From Octopus sinensis (taxonomy: Eukaryota): DNA of 64,000 nt. The notes under the pieces were generated by a model. That model was not told where the DNA came from and did not search any database. It saw only the letters and a program-made list of their open reading frames with translations. The stretch lies in assembly GCF_006345805.1 (NCBI RefSeq), contig NW_021833079.1, forward strand, positions 62,001 through 126,000, given 5' to 3'. Position numbers and translations under genes: made by a program. Each line of letters starts with the position of its first letter. Within the stretch, counting starts at the first letter, position 1. Positions 22,069 through 32,700 of the stretch are shown piece by piece.

Positions 22069-24127
22069 CAGTGATTCTCAAGTGCGGCCCCTGGGGCCGC
22101 ATGCGGCCCCTAGGATTTAATTTGCGGCCCCTAGGTTTTATAAATGTTTTATTTTTTAATTTAATATTTTTAAATTTTATGAATAAAAAAATGTCACGTT
22201 TTTATTTGTTGTTGTGATGTCTGAATTCTAAACGTTGTCGAAAACTTTCCGAGGAAAATAGGATTTTTCAACACATCTGGGAAGAAATATTTCATTATTG
22301 AGATCAATGGAAAGGCTCTTGCCTAATATGCCATTCTATTATTGCAACTCTAAAACGTATACAATCGAACGGCACTACCGTTTCCACTCTATTCTTTATG
22401 ACAAATTCACTGGTGTTTCTCGGACGAAAAAACTAAAACAAATGAAAGAAGATTATTTAAAACGATCATTTACTCTTTCAAAAGTGGCACATATTCGTCT
22501 AATATTAACCTGGCATCATACAAAATTAGTTACCTATTGGCTAAAAATATGAAGCCTTATTCTGATGGCGAATTATATAAAACGGCAATCGAAATATTTG
22601 CATCGGAATGTTGTTCGCCCGCTGTTTTCGATATTGCACACAAGTTACCTCTAAGTACGATACTGTTACTAGAGAGTCAGTGATATATCTGATAATCTGA
22701 TTAACGAACTTTTACAGTATGCAATTGTTTTTGTAATTTTTAGAATTTGTAAAGATTTTCAATATTATTCTTTTGCGCTTGATTGTTCCAAAGATATTCA
22801 GATATCGAACAATTAGTAGTGTTTATAAGGGGAGTAACATCTGACTTTCGAGTATACGAAGAATTTTTTTCATTGAATTCACTTCACGGAGAAACTAAAG
22901 GAACACAGATTTTTTCTCCAATTGTGAAATTAATTGAAGATTATCACTGGATCCAAAAAAATTAGTTTCATTTCAACTGATGGAGCCCCTTATATGATTG
23001 GCAGTAAAACTGGTTTTCGTGGACGTATGAATAAATGGAGGTGTGATAATAACTGGACTCCAGTATTATGGCATCATTGCATATTCATCAGGAAAACCTA
23101 ATTTCCAAAAATTTAAAATGGAAATGTTTCTGAAGTAGTGATAAAAATTGTCAATTGGATTCGGGCGAACGCCTTGAATCACCGAAAATTTAAAACATTT
23201 TTAACTGAAACCGATTCGGATTATGGCGATGTCCTTCTTTTCTCAGTAGTAAGATGGTTAAGCCGTAGCTCTTGTCTCAAAAGGTTAATTTCTTATATTT
23301 AGATTTTATCAACTTCTCCCTGAATTATTTTATTCACTGAAAATAAAGTGGACAATGCATTATTGAAAGACAATAGATGGGTAGCAGATTTAGCATTTTA
23401 TGTGGATCTATCGGTGCATCTGTCTGCCCTAAATGTCGAACTACAAGGGGAAAAAAGCTAAATTATCAAATTTATGGATATATAAATGCCTTCGTTAAGA
23501 AATTAATTTTATGGAAAGCGCAGATATCAAATAATGATTACACACATTTTCCTTATTTGTCAGAAAATTCCGAAAGTGGCTCAACTGATAAATATTTAAA
23601 AATAATTGAAGATTTAAATTTGCAATTTGATGCAAGATTTCAGGTTTTTAGTATTTAATTTAAGCTGACAGAGCTTTAAAGAAGGTGCAAATTCAATGAG
23701 ATTATTTGCATCTCCATTAATTATGAAAAGTGAGGAGGTTTCCGGGATTTACCAACTGGAATTGATTGATTTGCAAAATGATGTTGAACTGAAAAGTTTG
23801 TTCAACAACATTTCAATAATTGACTTTTATTCGAGAATTCCAGAGAACCGATTTCCGAATTTAGTCAATAATGCAAAGAAAAATTTAGCAATGTTTGGAT
23901 CAACATATGTCTGCGAATCGACATTTAGTAAACTCGTTCGAATTAAAACAAAGTTTCGCAGCAGATTGACTGATACTCATCTGAGTGATTTGTTACGTAC
24001 TTCAAAAGTAGAATTAAACCTAATTTTGATTATTTGGTTAATAAATAATTCTTAAAAATTATTGCGGCCCCCTGTAAATTTTTTTTTTAATTTGCGGCCC
24101 CTGAGCAAAAAAGCTTGAGAATCACTG
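22069..24127 (+). mobile_element. hAT transposon (Buster/SPIN/GTF2IRD2-like) with intron-containing transposase
   Basis: TIR CAGTGATTCTCAAG, 8-bp TSD ATCTATAC (22061-22068 / 24128-24135), subterminal GCGGCCCC repeats. Motifs FALD, STDGAP.MIG, HCI.HQENL, VRWLSR, FGSTYVCESTFSKL..IKTKFRSRLTD. Confidence 0.93.
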
Positions 24128-24203
24128 ATCTATACAATCCGCCACAAATCTTTCGAATTTATGTGAAACGGTAATCATTTAAATATCTTCGCATGTCTTT
24201 AGA

Positions 24204-24631
24204 CAGTGATTCTCAAGCTTTTTTATATGTGCCACTTTTGAAAGTAAATGATCGTTTTAAATATCTTCTTTCATTTGTTTTTATTTTTTTCGTCCGAGAA
24301 ACACCAGTGAATTTGTCATAAAGAATAGAGTGGAACGTTAGTGCCGTTCGATTGTATACGTTTTTAGAGTTGCAATAATAGAATGGCATATTAGGCAAAG
24401 AGCCTTTCCATTGATCTCAATAATGAAATATTTTTCTTCCCAGATGTGTTGAAAAATCCTATTTTCTCGGAAAGTTTTCGACAACGTTTAGAATCAGACA
24501 TCACAACAACAAATAAAAAACGTGACATTTTTTTATTCATAAAATTTAAAAATATTAAATTAAAAAATAAAACATTTATAAAACCTAGGGGCCGCAAATT
24601 AAATCCTAGGGGCCGCACTTGAGAATCACTG
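24204..24631 (-). mobile_element. Non-autonomous 428-bp deletion derivative of the adjacent hAT
   Basis: Same TIRs; left ~400 bp of the 22069 element joined to its last ~20 bp; TSD CTTTAGA(C) at 24197-24203 / 24632-24639. Confidence 0.9.
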
Positions 24632-25399
24632 CTTTAGACTGTTGAAATGGTTGCAAGAATCACAAGTTGATATAAAATGGCGAATAACTTTTTAATTTAT
24701 ACCAATATATTTTTGGGAAATTAAATGGCACATCTTGGAAACTCAAGGATGTCCGATAGAATGTTCTTTAGTTAAAATTGAATTGATTTCGGATTCTTGA
24801 AAGGAACAGACAACAGTACGAAAGTTTCCATTAAGTGCAAGAATTAATTCTCCATTTATAAGTTTTAAATTCTGACACTTTCGGCGTAGCGTACGCTTTT
24901 GATTTTCATTGAAATCATTAGGATACTCATTATATTCGAAGTAGTTCATTATGTTCTTTAATTCATAGGCCGTATTAATGCTGAACGAAGAAGGCATTAC
25001 AAAAATCAAATTTAAAATTTAAATTAAAAAAATAATTAAAAAATTAAAAACAGCTTTATTGACTCAAAATATATCAGATTTATCAGTTAAAAAAAGTATT
25101 CAAAAATATTATAATTAGTATTTTCAAGTGATCAGTCGTTCTCATCAGCCCGGACACTATCAACAACCCGGACGCTATGACATACGACAATTATTTTCAA
25201 TTTTATCAGATTTTAAAATATATCGGAAGAAAACATTAAATCATTCTTTGTATAAATTCAGTAAGTTGAAGATTCACCAATATTTATGTCTAGGGGTGTA
25301 TGTGTGGTGAATTTGAATTTCGAATTGCCCCAAAAGAATTAAAGATCTTCAAACCCATACGTTTAATTCTGATTGAACTCATAAATATCTCTTTATTGT

Positions 25400-28300
25400 T
25401 TAACCTATATTCTTAATATGCTTCAAAAAGTTGCTGTCCAAAAATTTTATAACACCAAGCGACACTATGAAATTCGTCGTTACGAAAAATTTAAAAAGCT
25501 TACAAGAGAATCTCGCTTAAAGGAAATTAGGAGTCTCGAAAAAAATTACCGAAAGCAAACAACATTTTTTAAATAATTTGTGTTGTAAAATAGATGATAC
25601 TACACGTACAAATTACGAAATTTGGGGAACAAATGAAACCAATTTCAAAAACAGAATTTATAAAAGAATGCTTTCCGAAGTAGCTGAAAATCTATTCCCG
25701 AAAGGTTTTTTTCAAATACAGGAAAATGTCATAACTTTTCGTGAGGAAATATGATGGTTTATATTTCCGAAATACTATTAATATCTCAAAATGAGACATT
25801 TTGGTAGACATAAAATCACATCTAAATGACTTTTTTTTTTTTAATTTCAAAACCTTTGTTATGAAAGCAAGAAAGAAATTAAAGATAGCTAAGTTAATTA
25901 AAGGCCTTACGAGACACCCGACCAGCCTCGCGAATGGCGAAGCCGTTCCCTCGGATCACAGCAATCGACAGACGTTCCAGGAGCCAAGAAAACTCTCTTG
26001 GATCGTGACTAGTCCTTGAAATCCGTCGACCGAGCGAGCGAAGGAAGCGGAGTGTCTTGGGACCGAAGATCCCGGAGGACTCCACGGCAATTGGAGTAAA
26101 GAGCAGCGAGTTGGAGAGGTGGCCGTACTTGAGAATCTTTCGCTCCTCGGCCTGCCTGGAAGCGTGCCCAGGATTGGCGGCGGACAGAGCGAGATTTCCC
26201 AGCGAGAACGTGTCCGAGCAGGTAGAATCCCAAATAAGGGATTTCCCCTGCTCGTAGGGGAAGGTGGACATGCCGTCAGGGCGTTTGCCATCCCCTCTAT
26301 CCAATCCAACAGGTTCAAGGATTGACGGGATGCCTGCTGAAGCGAGGGCTCTCTGTATGACTGAGTTGAGTTCACTGTGACGGGGGGCACGACCGGCACT
26401 CCGCCGGCAAGCGAGGGGATGCAAACCGTACTCGTCAACAGTTCCCCCACAACGGCATTTGTGCGTCTGGCAGATTTTCAGCCCGACACGGAGGGAGATT
26501 GCAATTCTTAGGCATTCCTTGTCCAACAGGTTCCCGATGGAAGGGAGAGGGAGAGCCTTTAACCAGACACCGCTGCCTTCACAGCGACCTGCACGGAGGC
26601 AAGCGACACGGTGTTGATTGGAGACAGGAAGCAGGCCTTCGAAGATTGCCTGACAAGAGATTTCGTCCCATTGACGCTGTGAAAATTGAGAATTGGGCAG
26701 CTTCGAACCAAACCGAGCCTCCCACCGACCACGGGGCTGCAGAGTAAACTTCAGACAATTTCCGTTCGGGGAGGTTTCTAAGAACGATGTCTGAGAGAGT
26801 ACGAGAAGCGTGATGAGCGGATAGGAATGCCGGGAGGGCAAGATCGGAATAGGATCTCAAGCCAAGGCCGCCCCAGCGCACAGGCAGGGATGCCTGAGTC
26901 CAGCCTGGATCGTCGAAAGCCAGATTGCAAAGAGAGCTCGTACCGAGCCTGAGGATATTGTCAAGGTCGGAAAGAAGGTCGTCTCTTTGAAAGCAGGGTG
27001 CGCATCTTAGGGTGTAAAGGATCTTAGGGACGGAAAAGTGGTTTCGGAGGAGGAAAAGAGCCACATGAGGCTCTATGACTTTAAGCTTGTCGATCATTTT
27101 GGATAAGTGGGAAATTTTTCCAGCGAGTGAGCATTCGAGGGCAGAAGGCCCCATAGGGGCACCGAGGATCGTAAGATTTGATTTGTCCGTAATCCGGACA
27201 TCTGAGAGAATGCCTCGGCACGTGGAAATTGAAACAGTGAAGTCACTCGGATTTAAGGCAATGTTCACGATTTCGGATTTATCGGCGTTTATAGATAGGC
27301 CGATGTCCGAGAGGGAAGGGAGGATAGAACGAAGGTCGTCAAAAACAGCATCGGGGGGACCACAAATGGTTGCGTCATCCAGATACCATATGTTAACTGG
27401 GGATCGAACAGAGTGAGCGATACTGTTAACGCCCAAGGCAAAAAGGACAGGACCCAGGGGATCTCCCTGTTGGACCCCGGTGGCCGAAGAAATAGGTATA
27501 TCGTTGAACATAAGGATACTTGAGGAAGCATAAGAGAGATGCACAAGGGGATAGGCGAAAGGGACTAATTCACGACAGCACTCCAGAAGGTGGTCCCGCC
27601 TGATGGAATTGAATGCGTTGGAAACGTCCAATTTGACCATAATAAACTGCTCAAATGATTCAGTTAAGTCACGAATTGAGTGGACAGCAGCTTCGCAGCC
27701 GTTAGGAACGCCGACCCCGAGTTGGACAGGCAGAAACTTCGAGGACAAGCAGGGAACAATGGCTCGACACAGAAGTTTAGCGGAGAGCCTCCGGAAAATA
27801 TTGCCCACGGCGATGGGCCTCACGCCGTTGTCCTTTTTCCAAGGGCAGTAAGGTTGGCGGAAAAGAAAATATCACGAGCAAAATCGGGGAGGGAACCGGA
27901 GATGAAGCGGTTGCACAGGTTGGTGATTGAGCGTAGGAGTTTTCGACCAGCTTCGGCGGTAGTGGGAGACGTCAGGTCTTTCAGATGACCTGGTCTCAGA
28001 CAATCTACACCACCACTGCTTCCAGGTGAAAAGTCCCTCAGGGCTTTCAGTACAAGAGTTTCCGAGACAGCAAAAGGATTGAGAGCGAGGAGGGTGTCAG
28101 GGGACGGCTGAGGCCTGAAGTCGTTTGGCTGAGGGGGATGTTTTTCCCTGAGGAATTAAAACAGCAGGGGTCGTGGGCAAAAGGGGACTTGTCGAGGCAA
28201 CCAGCCTAACTGCACCACGAACGTCCCGTCCAAGAGTTTACTATTAATCTTTCTGTTGAGGTAATCGACGTCATTCGCGTGAGAGGACACATTATGGGAT

Positions 28301-29350
28301 GGTGAACCAGAGGGAAATTTGGAGCTAGCGAGGTGGTCCCGCAGCCAGCGGATGGAAAAAAAGTTCTTATCATACAAGGCCAATTCTTGTTTGACGGTTG
28401 TAGCCAGCGAGATGGAGGAGGTTTTCACACGGGCTCTTAATGGGGCAAAACCGAGACCGAAAGAGGCGAAGCAAAACAGCTTAAGCCAATCGGAATGGCA
28501 TCAGATGCCAAAGCCTTATCGATTGCGGCGGACAAGGAGGAGGCTGCAAAGATACGCGCAGCTTTTGGGATTCTGGATGGGATTTTCCGGAGACGGCGGA
28601 AGAGCTTGATAGATTTGAGAACTTCCTCGGCAGACGGAGATGTTGCGAGTGGCGCTTTTTCGGGGAGTTCTTGCGGGCTGGAACACTGAACCGGCTGGCA
28701 AGTGCGGCAGGAAGGACAGTCCCAAATTAAGAGAGAGGCAGAAACGCGCCTGGAAAGACGCACGCAAGAAAGGTGGAAGAATCTGTCGCAACTAGAACAG
28801 ACTCTCCCTTTCTAAATGACTTAAACTTGAAACTGCAAGGAAGTAATAAATTAATAAACCAAATGTATACCGAAATAACTACTTTTGAAAATAAATTTGA
28901 GTTGTAGGAATTACAGTTACAAAAAGGAAATATGACGTATTTTGTGAATTTTCTTTCTACGAATCCGACTGATGGCCCGGAATATACGAATTAAGATCAG
29001 AATTTTCATCACGTTTTATGGATTTAAGAGTAAAATACTTATATATAATTTTTTAGGTTCATAAAAATCTTTTCAACATTTTCCAATCTCATTTGATGTT
29101 GAAACTGAGACAGTACCAGGTTGTTATAAAATGGAATTACTTTAAAGTCAATGCGACACTAAACTTAAATCAAAATATTTTTCTGAATTGGTAATTTTGA
29201 GTTTCTAAAAAATTTTGTATGTGTTAAAAAATATCACAATTAACCGACAATGCTAATATTTGGAAACACATTTTTATATCAACAATTATTCTCCACTATG
29301 AATAATGTAAAAAATTGTCTGAGAACGAAAATTACCGATTTACATTTTAA
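25400..29350 (+). pseudogene. Second hAT (SPIN-like) transposase relic, split by CRE copy A1
   Basis: Removing the CRE and one TSD restores LVDIKSHLNDLNLKLQGSNKLINQMY; also YNTKRHYE and QLFSTMNNVKNCLRTKITDLHL. Confidence 0.7.
25833..28810 (-). mobile_element. CRE-clade non-LTR retrotransposon, family A copy 1 (5'-truncated inside the PHD finger)
   Basis: 12-bp TSD TCTAAATGACTT (25821-25832 / 28811-28822) and poly(A). RT motifs RPIAVG, LDVSNAFNS, VQQGDPLGP, WYLDD; zinc knuckle C.C...HPLAC; RLE KRPDG...WD..AVE. Confidence 0.92.
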
Positions 29351-29715
29351 CGATATATTACGTTTAGGACTAGTCAGATTAATAAATAAAATAAATTCAC
29401 TTCCTTGTAATCATTTTTAACTAATAAACTCGCAAGCTTTACCTGGAACGGTTAGTTCCTTGCAAAAAAGATAGTTTGTATGTTACCGCTCACGATTGTA
29501 AACGAATCAAGATCCTCTGTCTCAGCCAAGTGATTCTCGTATATTCTTATTTTTCCAACCGATAAGGATCTTTTCACGTTTGGCCCGGATCGCATACAAA
29601 AATAAAATTTTGCCACGCGAAGACAAACATCCTGCCGATCCCTGGGCTAGACCGTGGAAACGGGAAACATCTGACGGGTCTAGTTAATCCTCGTTCAAGA
29701 TGAGACAATTATTTG

Positions 29716-32700
29716 CACGCGCGTTGTTGTTGTGGTGCACTTTTTCTATTCATTTGTTCACTTGCTATTTGTTATTCAATTCAATAATTTTTTTTTTTAA
29801 AAAAAAAAAACTAGCTATTATGAACTGGCTCGCAGGATTGAAAGACAATTCCCGCGTAAAACAGCCAGCGAGATCCTCTGAATGAGGAATATAAATTCCC
29901 TCGGATCTCTGGAGCGGTGGGTGCACAAGCGGCCAAGTTTCTTGAGATGGGCAAGCGTCTTGGCCCCAAAAACACAGGAGGTTTCGACAGCAATTGCCCA
30001 AAAGCAAAATCGATCGAGTAAATCAACATATTTCGAAAGTTTTGCAAATTCGGCCTTCTCGGCCGACGAGCCGGGACGACAAGCCGTAGCATTTAAGGCA
30101 CCCTTGGCGAAGGAGTCGGAACAGGTGACGTCCCAAACGAGCTGTTTCCCGGATTCAAAAGCGAACAGCGTACAGCCGTCCGGACGTTTTGCATCATCAA
30201 GAACAAGGCCCGTCGGTTCCAGAATACAAGGGAAACCAGCTCTTTCCAGAGCTTTCTGAATTAGACTGTTGATTTCGGTGTGCCGAGGAAATCGGCCGGC
30301 GCTCATTCGACAAGACAGAGGATGTAGCCCAAAGGCGTCAACTTTATCCCCACAACGACATGGATGAGGTCTGCAGACAGGGAGTCCAAGGCGATTACAG
30401 ATACCAAAACGGAGTGAATCCCTATCGAGGACAGTATCCAAAAGCGGAGAAGGGAGAACATTCAGCCAGGAGCCTGAGTATGGCTGACAGGCGGATCGGA
30501 AACAAGCCAGTCTGTGTTGGTCGAGGAGTGGTTCCAAGTCGGTAGAAGAACGACGGCAGAGAATTTTGTCCCAGTCTCGCTGAGAAGAGACATCGGAAGG
30601 GACCTCAGAAAAATTGCCTTTCCAAAAAGCGAGGGCTGAATCAATATCAGAGTCCAACGATGATTCAGTAGTTTTTTCCAGAATCTTTTGGACAAGAAGA
30701 TATGATCCAGACGCCGAAGAAAGAAAGGCAGGAAGAGCCAAATCCATACTAGAACGGAGGCCCAGACCCCCGTGACTCACAGGAAGTTTAGCCTGACACC
30801 AGGCAATATCGTCGAAATGCACATTGAGAATTTTCTCCGCAGACCTCCGAACCAAGGAATCATAAGATTCCAGCATTTGGGTTGCATAAAAACAAGGTGA
30901 GCTCCTCAGGATATAAACAATTTTGGGATCAAAAGATAGTTCTTGAGGATGTAAAATGAAGGATGAGGATCAATGACAGAAAGTTTTTCACAAAGAGAGC
31001 AATAAGATTTTTCTTGGCAAGGAGGATTCGAGTAGCTGAGTCGGTGAGAATCGGTGACCCCAGAATTTCCAGATCAGACAGAGGTGTCTGTCTCAACTCA
31101 GGAAGGAGTTTGCAAAAAAGAGAGAAGGAGTTCTTAAACAGGGATGGCTCTACAGAGAGATTGACAATCTCGGACTTGCTGGAATTAATAACCAGACCAA
31201 TGTCGGATAAAGCCGGAATTAGACTGGCTAAGTCCTTTAGCAAAACATCAGGCGGACCGCCAAGGGTGCAATCGTCGAGATACCAAAGATTAAGGGGTGA
31301 TTCGTTAACGCGGGCAATGGCATCCACGGCAAGAGCGAACAGTAATGGGCCCAAAGGATCACCCTGTTGGACGCCACAGGACGAAGAAATGAAAAACTAC
31401 CGGCGATTAAAAGTGATGGAAGCGAGTACGAAAGCGATATAAAGGGAAGCAAGTGTGGAACACGGTCTTGGCAGACCTCCAACATATGACCACGGTCCAG
31501 AGAATTGAAAGCATTAGTTACATCCAGTTTCAATAAGGCAAGGGAAATATTGGAACGAGTAGAACCGTGAATAAAACAACGACAGGCATGGACAGAAGAC
31601 TCGCAACCGCCAGGAACACCCACACCCAACTGAATGGGCTGCAGTTGCTCGCCAATAGAAGGAATAACGGACTTGCAACAGACTTTCGCAAATAAACGGC
31701 GAAAGACATTTCCAACAGCAATAGGCCTGATACCGCCATCTTTCTTGCCCAAGGCCGTAAGATTCGCGGAAAAGAACAGAATTCTAGCATGGTCAGAAAT
31801 TTTGCCGCTCAGGAATAAATTGCACAAGTTAGTGCAAGCATTCAAGAGGCGATTCCCGGTATCCCCATTGGCGGAAATTAAGTCTCTCAAATGAATAGGA
31901 CGGAGACCGTCGATACCTCCACTACTGTTACCCCTAAAGGAGTTTAAGGCGTCCAAAAGTTGTTTGGGAGAAACAGAAAAGGGAAAACAGGACGATTGGG
32001 CCACATCAAAAGTTACTGGTTTTCCAATAGGGTGCTTTTCCTTGAGAATGCGAACAACATCGGGGGTGATTGTACGGACGGAATCAGAAGATGACAAGAG
32101 ACGAACAGCCGCGATGACATCATGCGACATTAAGCAGGAGTTAATCCGAGACCGTAAACGTTTAGAACCGTCCTTCGACGAGGGCTTAGCGGTAGAAGGT
32201 AAATGAGAGGGAGACGGAGCGAAAGAGCCAGTCATAAACTGACTCATATTCTTTTTCAAAAGAGAAACAAAGGAGGCACCGGCACCGGGGCGACGAGCAG
32301 GGGAGCCCAACGCAAAAGTTGGGAAAAAAAACAAACGATTCCAATTATGAATGGATGGATCGGAAATGGCAGACTCAATTAAAGAAGAAAGGTTTAGGGC
32401 CACCGAAATACGGGCTGATTTTGGGATTCAGATGGGAATGCGGAAAGAAACACGATAATCATGAACCAATTTAAGGACCGATTCAGAGTCCAATAAAAAT
32501 GGATCTGAAGGATTGTCAAGAGAGGGAGGAGAGACGGAGTGGTGACCATCATTTAAATAAGGAGGAGGAAAGGAAGAGCAAGAAGAGCACACCCAACGAG
32601 AGAGGCCGGAAAGAGACTTCTTTGACAGCTTGATACAGGAAATATGAAACAAAGAAGAGCAAGAATCACACCGAATAGATTTTTTCCGATTATTAACGGA

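Larger units (their letters stand above)
21141..25189 (-). mobile_element. Ginger-like (gypsy-integrase-type) DNA transposon, decayed and interrupted by two hATs
   Basis: Perfect 15-bp TIR TGTCGTATGTCATAG (21141-21155 / 25175-25189) and 5-bp TSD ATTAT. ORF from ATG 24997: H..GH.G...C..C zinc motif, FERFVADCID, SKFAW, HGRPRHPQSQGRVERYN, YNTT..RATEKSPF. Confidence 0.85.
16819..25298 (+). mobile_element. Internally deleted Tc1 element (IR/DR type) hosting nested insertions
   Basis: TA-CACCCCTCGACAAAAAATTTGG ... CCAATATTTATGTCTAGGGGTG-TA termini. A 14-bp inner repeat at 21053-21066 is the exact inverse of 16832-16845. Transposase KFGKG|KVMVWGCFSYRG, DNALSH and WPSQSTNLKPIEHLW lies at 17030-21045. 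About 0.9 kb remains after removing the inserts. Confidence 0.8.

Noticed and set aside
29645-29683. Hairpin CTAGACC..GGTCTAG as a self-cleaving ribozyme at a retroelement 5' end
   Set aside because: No hammerhead CUGANGA core or HDV pseudoknot could be built; the sequence reads as decayed CRE coding sequence (GLDRGNGK).
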